DNA from: an uncultured Ferruginibacter sp.
Lineage (GTDB): Bacteria; Bacteroidota; Bacteroidia; Chitinophagales; Chitinophagaceae
DNA: 64,000 nt
Assembly: GCA_964643315.1 (NCBI GenBank)
Contig: CAZXSR010000003.1
Location: 88,506-152,505 of the forward strand
Reading direction: 5' to 3'
The notes under the pieces were generated by a model. That model saw nothing but the letters and a program-made list of their open reading frames with translations. It made no database searches and was not told where the DNA came from. The position numbers and the translations under genes are program-made. Shown here one piece after another: positions 9,496-20,660 of the stretch. Positions within the stretch are counted from its first letter, which is position 1. Every line of letters starts with the position of its first letter.

Positions 9496-10869
9496 TTATT
9501 TTTCTTGTTGCTGTTCTTTCCAAAGTTTGCTGAATGAACTTTTCGGAAAAGTCAATTCGCCTCGCTCTTTGGTCCATACACCGAAGAAAGCATTCACCCA
9601 TTTACTTTTTATATTTCCATTCAATGCATCCATCCATCTGCGGTTGAGCATGGCCACTCTCCATCCTTTCCAGGAAAGGTTTTCTGAAAAATCATTCATA
9701 CCGCCCTCAGCTGCTTCGTATCGATTTTCAAGCAACAATTCATGTAGATTTATTTTTACCGAACATACTTCAGTACAATTACCGCAAAGTGATGATGCGT
9801 AACTGAGGTGTTTGTATGATTTAAGCCCTGACAAATGGGGAGAGATTACACTGCCTATGGGACCGCTGTAAGTAGTTTCATACGCATGGCCGCCAATATT
9901 TTTATAAACCGGGCAGGCATTGAGACAGGCGCCGCAACGAATACAGTACAGGCTTTCACGCATACGTGTGTTGGCAAGAATATTTGTACGACCATTATCA
10001 AGCAGGATCACATACATTTCTTCAGGACCATCGGTTTCATTGGGTTTTCGTGGACCAGTAACAATTGTATTGTACACGGTCATTTTTTGGCCTGTACCGT
10101 AGGTAGCAAGCAGTGGCCAAAACAACCCAAGATCTTGAACGGAAGGAATCATTTTTTCAATACCTGCAACAACAATATGCGTTTTAGGGAATGCGCAACT
10201 CAATCGTGCATTACCCTCATTTTCGGTAATAGCAATGGCCCCGATATCGCTGATGATGAAATTGGCCCCTGTAACGCCGATTTCTGCATCGGTGTATTTT
10301 TGACGCAGAATATTCCGAGCGGTCAATGTGAGTTGTTCGGGAGTAAGTGCTGGGTCTGTACCCAGTTTTTCGGAAAACAATTTGGCAACATCCTCCTTGC
10401 TCTTATGCATGGCAGGTGTAACAATATGGTAAGGTGGCTCACCATCCAGTTGCTGAATGTATTCTCCCAAATCGGTTTCAACGCTTTCTATTCCGGCTGA
10501 TTCTAGTGCATGATTCAGGTGAATTTCCTCTGTGACCATGCTTTTGCTTTTAACTACAGTCCGACAATCCTTTTCACGACAGATAGAAAGAATGTGTGTA
10601 ATGGCTTCTTCTGCAGTTTCAGCCCAGATTACCTTTGCACCTCTTGCTGTTATATTTGCCTCGAAAGACTCCAGATGAGCATCCAGGTTTTCAATGGCAG
10701 ACCATTTGATGTTCTTGGCTTGTTCGCGCGCAGTTTCGAGTTGAGAAAATTGTTTTTTGCCCTGCACAACGGCAGCATCGTATTTGCCAATATTAAACAG
10801 AATTTTTCGACGATGTTCAGAATCGCCTGCTTTTTGAGTGCTTTTATTTTTGAAAGAATTGGCAGACAT
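9496..10869 (-). CDS. lutB: Lactate utilization Fe-S protein B (LutB/LldF)
   Basis: KSKSMVTEE, ETDLGEYIQQ, PYHIVTPAMH, CIRCGACLNACP and CGNCTEVC 4Fe-4S motifs. Confidence 0.93.
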   Translation of the reverse strand: MSANSFKNKSTQKAGDSEHRRKILFNIGKYDAAVVQGKKQFSQLETAREQAKNIKWSAIENLDAHLESFEANITARGAKVIWAETAEEAITHILSICREKDCRTVVKSKSMVTEEIHLNHALESAGIESVETDLGEYIQQLDGEPPYHIVTPAMHKSKEDVAKLFSEKLGTDPALTPEQLTLTARNILRQKYTDAEIGVTGANFIISDIGAIAITENEGNARLSCAFPKTHIVVAGIEKMIPSVQDLGLFWPLLATYGTGQKMTVYNTIVTGPRKPNETDGPEEMYVILLDNGRTNILANTRMRESLYCIRCGACLNACPVYKNIGGHAYETTYSGPIGSVISPHLSGLKSYKHLSYASSLCGNCTEVCSVKINLHELLLENRYEAAEGGMNDFSENLSWKGWRVAMLNRRWMDALNGNIKSKWVNAFFGVWTKERGELTFPKSSFSKLWKEQQQEK

Positions 10870-10905
10870 ACACCTGTTTATGAATCTGATAATAAAAATT
10901 ATCTG

Positions 10906-11481
10906 TTAGTTTCTCGTGGTTTTTACTTCCAGTGCATAAGACCCGGAAACAGGTTTTATCACCAATGGATTGCTTGCCACATGCTGCGCCTGCAGTGCAT
11001 AAATTCCTTTTATGATAAATGTGGGATGCTGGTTATCGGAGCTTATGTATTTAATAGATTGAATTTCATTAAAAGAAGATGCATTAAATCCCTCCAAACT
11101 TGCCAGTCTTCTGGTTAGATCATTTAAACTATTCGCATCCATCGGTAATTTTTGTGAAAACTCAAATGGCTGAGTGTTTGCGCCATAGTCAGCAATAGGA
11201 TATCTCTTTAAATTTCCAGGCCTTGTCATCTCAGAACTGTCGAGTGGGTAGGTAAGATAAAAGTAATGATTCGTTGAAGCAGATTGAGCATAAGCAAGTG
11301 AAGTGCTATCATTAATTGGATTAGGAGGAAAGACCAAAAGTTCACAGGGTACAGTTCTTTCCCAATCTGGTGTTTTGAAGGCCATAAAAAGCGATTCAGT
11401 ACTGCTGCTGTTGTTTGACTCCTTTGTACAAGAATTTAGAATGATGATAAGCGAGATAAAAAAGATGATTTTTTTTGACAT
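10906..11481 (-). CDS. Hypothetical lipoprotein
   Basis: MSKKIIFFISLIIILNSC lipoprotein signal; starts 13 bp after M36 gene stop. Confidence 0.7.
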   Translation of the reverse strand: MSKKIIFFISLIIILNSCTKESNNSSSTESLFMAFKTPDWERTVPCELLVFPPNPINDSTSLAYAQSASTNHYFYLTYPLDSSEMTRPGNLKRYPIADYGANTQPFEFSQKLPMDANSLNDLTRRLASLEGFNASSFNEIQSIKYISSDNQHPTFIIKGIYALQAQHVASNPLVIKPVSGSYALEVKTTRN

Positions 11482-11494
11482 TTAATTTTTGTTG

Positions 11495-14400
11495 TTAATG
11501 AACAAGCAATTTACCTTTTTTAATTTGCTTTCCATTATTATCGAGAATTTCGAGATAATAAATTCCTGATGCCAGGTGAATAATGGAAATATCAACCACC
11601 TGATTTGGAGTAGTAACATTGAAAGATTTATCAAAAACCTTAGCTCCTTTACCATCAAAAATCTTTACACTACGCAATGTGCTTCCTGTAATATTTTCAT
11701 CCATCCGTACGTAAACAATATTATCTGATGAAGGATTGGGATAAATAAAAGATGCACTTCGAACAGAATCACGAACTTCAATGATATTTGAAATACCGAC
11801 ACAACCATTAATTCCAGTTAACATTGCCAAATAATTTCCCGTTTGATTGTATGACACAGTAATACTGTTGCCCGTTTGGCCTGTAATTATAGCATTGTTA
11901 TAATACCATGCAATTGTTCCCGACGAAGTTCCATTAATGCTCAATGTGGTATTATCTCCAACGAAAATTACGTTTGATGGGCTCGCTGTAATACTAACCG
12001 CAGGTGTTTCTTTTACTGTTAACGTTACCATGTTTGAAGTGATACTGCCACAGGTTTGTTCGGTAACAATCACTTTGTAATGATGGCTATTCATGCTCAT
12101 CGATACTGCCTGGGCTGTATATGCCGAAGCTGTTGCACCGGACAAATCGGTAAATGTTGTACCGCCATCAGTACTATGCTGCCACTGATAACTAAGATCT
12201 GTTCCAATTGCATTTGTCAGGAATATGGCGTCTTTGCCGCTACATACTGTTATATCCGTTGGTTGTGAAGTAATAGTAGCAGGAGTTACTACTGTTAAAA
12301 GCGCTGACGAGGAAGTTGCGCTTCCACAAGAAGTACCGGTAGCGATCAATCGATAACGATTGTTGTTCATGGTGAGTGTTACAGCATTGAGTGAAAGTGT
12401 TGTAGTTGTTTCCCCATTCAGATTTGTGAAGTTAATACCGCCGTCAGTACTTACCTGCCATTGATATGTGGTACCTAACCCCGATGCAGCGGCAGAAAAA
12501 GATGCATTGGTACCTGGACACACGCGCTGTGCTGCAGGCTGAGATGTAATGGAAGCCGGGGTAAAAACATAGAGTGCAGCCGGATTTGACTCCAAAGCAG
12601 TTGCGGAGCAGGAACTGCTTACTAAGACACGATATTGATTTCCGTTCATACCCGGAGTGATGCCTGTTAATGTAATACTTGTATTGGTTTCACCACTTAT
12701 ATTTGAAAAGTTATTTCCTCCGTCTGTACTTGCTTGCCATTGATATGTCAGCCCAGTGCCGATAGCACTAACGTTGAAGGTTACACTACTTCCCGGGCAA
12801 ACATTATTATTGTTTGTAGGCTGGGTGAGTATGAGTGCGCTGTTATTTACAGTTAGAGTAGCAGGTGAAGAATTGAGTGTTCTTGGACATATGGTACTGA
12901 CAACTTTAACTCTGTACTGGTTATTGTTTTGCGAAATGGTAACCCCGGTTAAATTAAGTTGTGCATTTGTTTGGCCAGGTATGCTTACAAAATTGATACC
13001 ACCGTCTGTACTCACCTGCCATTCATAAGTCAAGTTGGTACCTGTTGCTACTGCTGCAAAACTTGCATTCTCTCCCGGACAAGCAGCAACAGATGAAGGT
13101 TGTGTAGTAATGTCAACAGGGCTATTCACAGTAAGCGTTACATTGTCAGATATAACAGATATTGGACTACAACCCGTAATCACCAGATGATACACGTTAT
13201 TGTTCAGTGATGCAGAGGCATTGTTTATGATGAGTGTAGTATTATTCGCTCCGCTGATATTTGTAAAACTTGACCCCCCATCGGTGCTCACCTGCCATTG
13301 ATACTGGTTAGAAGAGCCGCTTGCTGTAGTTGAAAATGAAGCATTTTCATTTGCGCAAATTGTTTGAGAAACAGGCTGGCTAATGAAAGAGGCAGGAGTA
13401 TTTACAGATAAAGTAACCGCATTGGATGTTACAGAAGACGGACATGCATTGCTGACAACCACCCGATAACGTTTATTGTTATCACCGGCATTAACTGAGT
13501 TGATTGTAAGGGTTGAGTTAATAGCTCCTGCAATATCGCTAAAACTTGCTCCGCCATTTGTACTCAATTGCCATTGGAAACTATTATTAGTACCGGCAGA
13601 TTGCACAGAAATCACAGCGTCACTACCCACACAAACGTTCACATTTTGTGGCTGCGTAGAAATGGTTGCATTGATACAACTTGGTCTTTCCGTAATGATC
13701 GTAATGGTGTCATTAAGACTTACGCGTGTGCCAGTACTATTAAACAAGCTCGACTGCATCTCAATAGAGGCCTGATTTTTAATGGTGATATCATCAACAT
13801 ACCAGCCCTCGATGCTCGTACCAACATCACTGGTAAAACGAAATCTGAATTTAATACTCTGATTGGCAAAAGGCTGCAAGTTTACTTTTGTTTTAATAAA
13901 ATTTCCTCCTGAATTACCTGTCCAAGCTCTGCGACCATTCAATAAAGTGGTGGCATCCATCACATCTGTATAACCTCCCGCATAAATATTTGCCTGAGCA
14001 TCAGTCCAGGTTGTACCATCATTTGTACTGAATTCTAAAACCCCACCATCATATTTGCTCTCAGAGTTAAACCAATGACGAAAAACAAGCGGAGGAGGAT
14101 TATTGCCTAATGCAATTGCATTTGATAATGTTAGTTGCTGATCGGATTGAACGTCCGTATTGCCCGAAAAATAGGAATTTGGTGCGCTCATAGAGCGAGC
14201 AGATGTTCCGGTCCATGAGGTAGTTGTGGTTGTTGAAGCTGTCCAAGTTGAAGGAATAGACGCATCAACCACCGGATCTTCGAATAGGGTGATTGTAGGA
14301 TAATATGAGCCGTCATTTGCTTTAACAGTAAAACTATAAGTTTGAGTTTCTCCTGCAACCAGATTAACCGGGAAGCTCACCACACGATTCGTTGCATCAT

Positions 14401-16561
14401 AAGTTCCCCCACTTACATAGGTCACATTTTCAGGCAAAGTGTCTGTCAACAGGAAATTTGTAACAGCGGCACAAGGCCCTGCTGTTAATTTATTGTAGTA
14501 AGTAACTTCATTTCCTTCCATCACCTCTGGAGTACTTTGTGTCATTTCCAGTTTGGCGCTAGCCAGAGAAAAGTCTGGAGTTTGATCCAATACACTACCT
14601 GAAGATCCTTGTGATGCAAAAGCTCCCATACCCCTTCTTCTAAAAGCTTCGCGAATAGCACAACTATGGGCTCCATTGTACAATATCTGATCTGCCTGAA
14701 GAATAGCGTCTCTTCCATCAATGAAACCGGGACTACACGGCTGCAACTTCATGCCGGTCATCACTAATTTTAAGGCAATGCTATTACCTCCGTTACCATT
14801 TGGATCGTATAAATTAGTATTGATTGCCCCCACTTGATTTATGATATTCCATGTCATATCCCACAAGGTAGCGCACCATAATTCACCACGGTTATGTTGT
14901 TGAGCATCAACTGTGGTGCCCATTGTTAGATTGTTAACTGCAAAATTTGTGCTGTAACGCTTTGATCGAATTCCAATACCATTGACAGACTGCCCTGCTG
15001 CGTATACACCCACTGAACGTGGGGAACTAAATCCGGTAGTGAGTGTAGCAGTTGCCCAGTTTTGAGTATACATCAATCCAAAATAATCGCTCCAGCCCTC
15101 TCCCATTTGCTCTGCATTTTGCAAACAGGCTGCCTGAGCCGGCCCACCGGTTAAACGATTACTGATGCCGTGAGCAAATTCATGGCAGATAACACCATTA
15201 TCCAGATCGCCATCTTTCTGAGGATTTCCATTCCATAAATACATTTGCATACGACCACTTGAACCATCTGCAGGTGTTGCAAAATTTGCATTATTGGTAC
15301 CACTGCCATCTTGTGCATCTGCAATCACATAATCATTGCCTGCACCACCTCGCCCCTGGTTAGACGCCTGAAAATTTCCGGAAACCTCATCAAAGCCATA
15401 TTGATAGCTCAGGTCATGGATAATGTTATTCCAATAAAATAAATTGGTAATAGCAAATTGTTGATTGCGATTTGGAGTGGTTTGGGTAGGTGTAACAGTA
15501 TAGTTTGGAGTAAAATCAAAATTCAATGGATCTGTTGTAGTTGTGGATGCTGCGGGTGATCCCGGAACATTGTCAGCATTTCTGTCTTCCTGAGAAAAAA
15601 CGTTGTTACCTCTTGTGATATTGAAATCTGCTGTTCCATTGTTATGCCATTTCAAAGAAGTAGCATTTCCGGGTGCGGCAGACCAAGGATTGGTAACTAA
15701 CGCATGAGCCCCACCCGTATGGATCGGACTCTCAGCAGGAAAAGGAATCACACGATAGGTTGCATTTTCAATAATAGAAGGAGATAAATCATTTATTCGG
15801 TCCTCGCCAAAATGATATCCCTTTACAGTCACACTAGCTTGTTCAGTTTGCTCCTGTTTAGATAATTCTGATGAGCAAAACGATTTTTTTGCAGGATCAT
15901 CCCAATTGCAATAAACTGTCAAGTCATTCACCCCAACAGTTGAATGATCAATTGCATTGATTCTAATCAGCCAATAATCGGAAGATATTTTTGGCACAAC
16001 ATACACTTGCCATGCCAGCACTAATTTGCTCGCATCATTGACAGGAACCCACATCAGTTGAGCCGTAATGGATTCATGAGATACCCCCATATCATTGAAT
16101 CTGATAAAACGGCCGTTTTGTTCACTGCCTATGACAACAGGTTCGCCGGAAAATGGAATTTTTCTATCACGCAATGCATCTTTTACTGCCTCAGCAGCTG
16201 ATACAGATGGGATGCCAATAAGGTTACCTGCAAGTTTTTCAACAGATTTTAACCTGCCTCCTTTGTTGGAAACAATTTTTTCATTTTTAAAGGCAAGTAC
16301 TTGAAGCTGATTAAAAATTGGAATTTCCTTATAGGATTGCTGGGCATAAACCAATTGAGCACCCGAAATATTATCAAAATAGGAATCGCTGATAATCGTA
16401 TTCGAAAGGTCGTATTTTGTCAGGCCAATTTTTTGCGCATTCGCATCGAGCAAACGGCGGGCAACAATATTGTTGTCAGTCTGAGCGAATAAATTTTCTG
16501 TGATTAGAAAAATCACTGAAAATAAAATCATTGACTGAATCATCAGGAAAAAATGCTTCAT
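11495..16561 (-). CDS. T9SS-secreted M36 (fungalysin) metallopeptidase with propeptide, DUF11-like, beta-sandwich and Ig-like repeats
   Basis: Signal peptide; AITNLFYWNN, DAQDGSGTNNANFATP, HEFAH zinc motif plus downstream GEGWSD; six TQP...WQxSTDGG Ig repeats; C-terminal YPNP...GIY type A CTD. Confidence 0.92.
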   Translation of the reverse strand: MKHFFLMIQSMILFSVIFLITENLFAQTDNNIVARRLLDANAQKIGLTKYDLSNTIISDSYFDNISGAQLVYAQQSYKEIPIFNQLQVLAFKNEKIVSNKGGRLKSVEKLAGNLIGIPSVSAAEAVKDALRDRKIPFSGEPVVIGSEQNGRFIRFNDMGVSHESITAQLMWVPVNDASKLVLAWQVYVVPKISSDYWLIRINAIDHSTVGVNDLTVYCNWDDPAKKSFCSSELSKQEQTEQASVTVKGYHFGEDRINDLSPSIIENATYRVIPFPAESPIHTGGAHALVTNPWSAAPGNATSLKWHNNGTADFNITRGNNVFSQEDRNADNVPGSPAASTTTTDPLNFDFTPNYTVTPTQTTPNRNQQFAITNLFYWNNIIHDLSYQYGFDEVSGNFQASNQGRGGAGNDYVIADAQDGSGTNNANFATPADGSSGRMQMYLWNGNPQKDGDLDNGVICHEFAHGISNRLTGGPAQAACLQNAEQMGEGWSDYFGLMYTQNWATATLTTGFSSPRSVGVYAAGQSVNGIGIRSKRYSTNFAVNNLTMGTTVDAQQHNRGELWCATLWDMTWNIINQVGAINTNLYDPNGNGGNSIALKLVMTGMKLQPCSPGFIDGRDAILQADQILYNGAHSCAIREAFRRRGMGAFASQGSSGSVLDQTPDFSLASAKLEMTQSTPEVMEGNEVTYYNKLTAGPCAAVTNFLLTDTLPENVTYVSGGTYDATNRVVSFPVNLVAGETQTYSFTVKANDGSYYPTITLFEDPVVDASIPSTWTASTTTTTSWTGTSARSMSAPNSYFSGNTDVQSDQQLTLSNAIALGNNPPPLVFRHWFNSESKYDGGVLEFSTNDGTTWTDAQANIYAGGYTDVMDATTLLNGRRAWTGNSGGNFIKTKVNLQPFANQSIKFRFRFTSDVGTSIEGWYVDDITIKNQASIEMQSSLFNSTGTRVSLNDTITIITERPSCINATISTQPQNVNVCVGSDAVISVQSAGTNNSFQWQLSTNGGASFSDIAGAINSTLTINSVNAGDNNKRYRVVVSNACPSSVTSNAVTLSVNTPASFISQPVSQTICANENASFSTTASGSSNQYQWQVSTDGGSSFTNISGANNTTLIINNASASLNNNVYHLVITGCSPISVISDNVTLTVNSPVDITTQPSSVAACPGENASFAAVATGTNLTYEWQVSTDGGINFVSIPGQTNAQLNLTGVTISQNNNQYRVKVVSTICPRTLNSSPATLTVNNSALILTQPTNNNNVCPGSSVTFNVSAIGTGLTYQWQASTDGGNNFSNISGETNTSITLTGITPGMNGNQYRVLVSSSCSATALESNPAALYVFTPASITSQPAAQRVCPGTNASFSAAASGLGTTYQWQVSTDGGINFTNLNGETTTTLSLNAVTLTMNNNRYRLIATGTSCGSATSSSALLTVVTPATITSQPTDITVCSGKDAIFLTNAIGTDLSYQWQHSTDGGTTFTDLSGATASAYTAQAVSMSMNSHHYKVIVTEQTCGSITSNMVTLTVKETPAVSITASPSNVIFVGDNTTLSINGTSSGTIAWYYNNAIITGQTGNSITVSYNQTGNYLAMLTGINGCVGISNIIEVRDSVRSASFIYPNPSSDNIVYVRMDENITGSTLRSVKIFDGKGAKVFDKSFNVTTPNQVVDISIIHLASGIYYLEILDNNGKQIKKGKLLVH

Positions 16562-16730
16562 AAATAGTTGGGTTTTGAAAATGGGGCGAAAATTACGTTA
16601 TTTTTCTCGCCTTGGCCTGTTAATTGTACCTCCGCAAGGATAATTTTAGCGGGTTTATTAAACATTTTTACTGAATAAATACACCAAGTCAAAAATTTTA
16701 CTGTTTTTTGAATCAAACAAAGCCCTTTTT

Positions 16731-16761
16731 TTTGTCAATCGCCCCTCTCGCCCTACCTTTG
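16731..16761 (+). promoter_or_regulatory. Bacteroidota housekeeping promoter for atpA
   Basis: TTTG (16731-16734), 19-nt spacer, TACCTTTG (16754-16761); matches -33/-7 consensus TTTG-N19-21-TAnnTTTG. Confidence 0.85.
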
Positions 16762-16840
16762 CACCCAATTTCAAACCCGCGTTGGTGAAGTTGTTCATAA
16801 AAACATAACTGTTCAACTTTCACGCTCAATATTTTAAATT

Positions 16841-18418
16841 ATGGTAGAAATAAAACCAGATGAGATTTCGGCGATTCTGCGCCAGCAATTAAGCAACTTT
16901 AATGTAGGTGCAAGCCTTGACGAAGTAGGCTCTGTACTTCAGGTAGGTGATGGTATTGCCCGTATTTATGGGCTTAGCAATGTTCGCTCTGGCGAGCTTG
17001 TTGAGTTCGATAACGGGGTTCGTGCCATTGCGTTGAACCTTGAAGAGGACAATGTGGGTGTGGTATTGATGGGTGACAGCAGTGAAATTAAAGAAGGAGA
17101 TAAAGTAAAACGTACCGGAAACATTGCCTCTATCAAAGTTGGTGAAGGTATGAGTGGTCGTGTTATCAACACACTCGGTGAACCAATAGATGGTAAAGGC
17201 CCATTGAAAGGCGAATTGTATGAGATGCCATTGGAGCGTAAAGCTCCTGGTGTAATCTTCCGTGAGCCGGTAAAAGAACCGCTTCAAACAGGTATCAAAG
17301 CGATTGATGCAATGATCCCTATCGGTCGCGGACAACGCGAGTTGATCATTGGAGACCGTCAGACCGGTAAAACCGCGATTGCAATTGATACCATTATCAA
17401 CCAAAAAGAATTTTACGCAGCAGGGAAACCTGTTTATTGCATATACGTAGCAATTGGCCAGAAAGCTTCTACCATTGCTGGAATCATGAAAACATTGGAA
17501 GAAAACGGAGCAATGGCATACACAACCATCGTTGCCGCCTCTGCATCCGATCCTGCTCCACTTCAGTTCTATGCGCCATTTGCAGGTGCTGCTATTGGAG
17601 AGTTCTTCCGTGACACTGGTCGTCCTGCTTTGATCATTTATGATGATTTATCTAAGCAAGCGGTGGCTTATCGTGAGGTATCTCTCTTACTTCGTCGTCC
17701 ACCGGGCCGTGAAGCATACCCTGGTGACGTGTTCTATTTGCACAGTCGTTTATTGGAGCGCGCCGCAAAAGTGGTTGCTAAAGATGAAATAGCCAAGCAA
17801 ATGAATGATTTACCTGAATCCATCAAGCATCTGGTAAAAGGTGGTGGATCATTAACAGCATTGCCAATCATTGAAACGCAAGCAGGTGACGTATCAGCAT
17901 ACATTCCAACCAACGTAATTTCAATCACCGACGGACAAATCTTCCTGGAGAGTAACCTGTTTAACGCTGGTATTCGTCCGGCGATCAACGTAGGTATCTC
18001 TGTAAGTCGTGTGGGTGGAAACGCACAGATCAAGTCGATGAAGAAGGTAGCCGGTACATTAAAGTTGGATCAAGCCTTATATCGTGAACTGGAGGCATTC
18101 TCTAAATTTGGTGGAGACCTGGACGCTGCTACTAAAAACGTAATTGATAAAGGTGCCCGTAACGTGGAAGTACTTAAGCAAGCTCAATACACTCCATTCT
18201 CTGTTGAAAAGCAAGTGGCAATTATTTACCTCGGTACTCAGGGATTGTTGAAAAATGTGGCTGTGAAAAATGTGAAAGCATTTGAAGAGCAATTCTTACT
18301 GGAGATGGAAAGTAAACATGCCGATATCCTTGCCGAATTTAAAAAAGGAAATCTTCCTGAAGATGGATTAAAGAAAATGAGCGAGTTGGCTTCAGGGATT
18401 GCGGAGCAATTCAAGTAA
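16841..18418 (+). CDS. atpA: F1F0 ATP synthase subunit alpha
   Basis: [28 protein letters not shown] Walker [39 protein letters not shown]. Confidence 0.99.
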   Translation: MVEIKPDEISAILRQQLSNFNVGASLDEVGSVLQVGDGIARIYGLSNVRSGELVEFDNGVRAIALNLEEDNVGVVLMGDSSEIKEGDKVKRTGNIASIKVGEGMSGRVINTLGEPIDGKGPLKGELYEMPLERKAPGVIFREPVKEPLQTGIKAIDAMIPIGRGQRELIIGDRQTGKTAIAIDTIINQKEFYAAGKPVYCIYVAIGQKASTIAGIMKTLEENGAMAYTTIVAASASDPAPLQFYAPFAGAAIGEFFRDTGRPALIIYDDLSKQAVAYREVSLLLRRPPGREAYPGDVFYLHSRLLERAAKVVAKDEIAKQMNDLPESIKHLVKGGGSLTALPIIETQAGDVSAYIPTNVISITDGQIFLESNLFNAGIRPAINVGISVSRVGGNAQIKSMKKVAGTLKLDQALYRELEAFSKFGGDLDAATKNVIDKGARNVEVLKQAQYTPFSVEKQVAIIYLGTQGLLKNVAVKNVKAFEEQFLLEMESKHADILAEFKKGNLPEDGLKKMSELASGIAEQFK

Positions 18419-18443
18419 AAATAAATTTGACGTCATATTTAAG

Positions 18444-18482
18444 AAGGTTCAAAGAGTTAAAAACTTTTTGAACCTTTTTTTA
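18444..18482 (+). terminator. Intrinsic terminator after atpA
   Basis: AAGGTTCAAAGAGTT-AAA-AACTTTTTGAACCTT stem (one G.U) followed by T tract. Confidence 0.85.
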
Positions 18483-18779
18483 TAAGAAAGATTTATGAAA
18501 ATATTTTTTGAGCAAAAAGTTTGTCATCAATAGTAGAATAGTATTAAGGAATTACTGGTTTATAAGTTGAGTAAAATATGAATATGTAATAAATTATCCA
18601 GCATGACTGATTATTTATTTTAATATTAATAAACCAGGTTATTTTGGTCAAAAATCTTCAAAATTCATCCCAATCGAGAGCATTTTTGACCGATTTTTCC
18701 TGTTTTTTGAAAATTAGCGCATTTTACTACCAACGTTGTAGTGGCATTTTCCTACCTTAGCGTCTCAAAATAATTATCT

Positions 18780-19259
18780 ATGGATATCAAGCACATCGCA
18801 GAGCTGGTAAAACTGATCAACAAAACCTCTATTGGAGAAATTACTATCGAAGAAGATGGTAAAAAAATTACCATCAAACAAAAAAAGGACCCTGCACAAC
18901 ATATCGTTGCCAATGTTCCTTCTTCATACGCTCCGGCCGCGGTTTCGGCACCGGCACCCGCGCAGGCACCTGTAGCTGCACCTCCTGCTTCACCAAAAGC
19001 CGAAGCAAAAAATGATAACTTCATTACTATTAAAAGCCCAATGATTGGCACGTTCTACCGTCAATCTGGACCAGGCAAACCCATTTTTGCCAATGTAGAT
19101 GATGTCATCACACCCGGTAAAGTACTTTGCATCATTGAGGCCATGAAACTCTTCAACGAAATCGAAAGCGAAGTAAAAGGACGTATCGTAAAAGTATTGG
19201 TAGACGATGCAAGTCCAGTTGAATATGACCAACCTCTGTTCCTGGTTGATCCAAGCTAA
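18780..19259 (+). CDS. accB: Acetyl-CoA carboxylase biotin carboxyl carrier protein
   Basis: Ala/Pro-rich linker, SPMIGTFY, EAMK biotinylation motif, VEYDQPLF. Confidence 0.97.
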   Translation: MDIKHIAELVKLINKTSIGEITIEEDGKKITIKQKKDPAQHIVANVPSSYAPAAVSAPAPAQAPVAAPPASPKAEAKNDNFITIKSPMIGTFYRQSGPGKPIFANVDDVITPGKVLCIIEAMKLFNEIESEVKGRIVKVLVDDASPVEYDQPLFLVDPS

Positions 19260-19295
19260 TAGAAGGTTTTTTTACTCTTCACTTAATTTATTGCT

Positions 19296-20633
19296 ATGTT
19301 CAAAAAAATATTGATTGCCAACAGAGGCGAAATTGCCCTTCGTGTGATTCGTACCTGTCGTGAGATGGGTATTAAAACGGTAGCCGTTTATTCTACAGCC
19401 GACAAAGAAAGCTTGCATGTGAAATTTGCTGACGAAGCTGTATGTATAGGTAAACCTGCAAGTGGCGACAGTTATCTTAATATTCCGCATATCATGTCGG
19501 CGGCTGAAATCACTAATGCCGATGCGATTCATCCTGGCTATGGCTTTCTTGCCGAAAACAGCAAATTCGCTAAAATATGTGCCGAACACGGCATCAAGTT
19601 TATTGGCCCCACGCCTGATATGATCAATTCGATGGGCGATAAGATCACCGCTAAAGAAACGATGATCAAAGCTGGTGTTCCTGTTGTTCCGGGTGTAGAG
19701 GGTTTGTTGCAGAGTGTGGATCATGCCAAAAAATCAGCCAAAGAAGTAGGTTATCCGGTTATTCTCAAAGCTACCGCCGGTGGCGGTGGTAAAGGGATGC
19801 GTGTAGTATGGGAAGAAAAAGATTTAGAAAGAGCTTACGAAACTGCCAAAGCAGAAGCAGCAGCTTCATTCAAAAATGATGGTATCTACATGGAGAAATT
19901 CGTGGAAGAACCTCGTCATATCGAAATCCAAGTTGCAGGCGATCAATATGGCAATGTTTGTCACCTCAGCGAGCGAGACTGCTCCATTCAACGTCGCCAT
20001 CAAAAATTAGTGGAAGAATCACCCTCTCCATTCATGACCGATGAGCTTCGTGAAAGAATGGGTAACGCTGCCATCAAAGCAGCCCAAGCCATCAATTATG
20101 AAAGCGTTGGTACCATTGAATTCCTCGTAGACAAGCACCGCAATTTCTATTTCATGGAAATGAATACCCGTATTCAGGTAGAACATTGCGTTACAGAAGA
20201 AGTCATTAACTACGATCTTATTAAAGAACAAATCAAAATAGCTGCCGGAGAAAAAATCTCAGGCAAATCATATTACCCAACCATGCACGCCATTGAGTGC
20301 CGCATCAATGCAGAAGATCCATACAACGATTTTCGTCCGAGTCCCGGTAAAATAACAGTACTTCATACGCCAGGCGGACATGGAGTGCGTGTTGACAGTC
20401 ATGTGTATGCCGGATATGTGATTCCACCCTATTACGATAGTATGATTGCGAAATTGATTTCTGTTGCTCAAACTCGTGAAGAGGCCATCGATACCATGTA
20501 CCGTGCACTCAGCGAATATGTGATTGAAGGTGTTAAAACAACCATTCCCTTTCATTTACAGTTGATGCAAAACGAAGATTTTCGCAAAGGTAATTTCACT
20601 ACGAAGTTTTTGGAGACATTTAAAATGAAGTAA
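19296..20633 (+). CDS. accC: Acetyl-CoA carboxylase biotin carboxylase subunit
   Basis: [58 protein letters not shown]. Confidence 0.98.
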   Translation: MFKKILIANRGEIALRVIRTCREMGIKTVAVYSTADKESLHVKFADEAVCIGKPASGDSYLNIPHIMSAAEITNADAIHPGYGFLAENSKFAKICAEHGIKFIGPTPDMINSMGDKITAKETMIKAGVPVVPGVEGLLQSVDHAKKSAKEVGYPVILKATAGGGGKGMRVVWEEKDLERAYETAKAEAAASFKNDGIYMEKFVEEPRHIEIQVAGDQYGNVCHLSERDCSIQRRHQKLVEESPSPFMTDELRERMGNAAIKAAQAINYESVGTIEFLVDKHRNFYFMEMNTRIQVEHCVTEEVINYDLIKEQIKIAAGEKISGKSYYPTMHAIECRINAEDPYNDFRPSPGKITVLHTPGGHGVRVDSHVYAGYVIPPYYDSMIAKLISVAQTREEAIDTMYRALSEYVIEGVKTTIPFHLQLMQNEDFRKGNFTTKFLETFKMK

Positions 20634-20660
20634 GATAGCGTCGCTCAAATATTAAGTTTC

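Noticed and set aside
9835-11118. 221-aa and 202-aa plus-strand ORFs
   Set aside because: Antisense shadows of lutB and the lipoprotein; no motifs or coding context.
16889-18292. Antisense ORFs over atpA
   Set aside because: Expected shadow frames of a strongly codon-biased gene.
19272-20555. Antisense ORFs over accC
   Set aside because: Shadow ORFs with no independent evidence.
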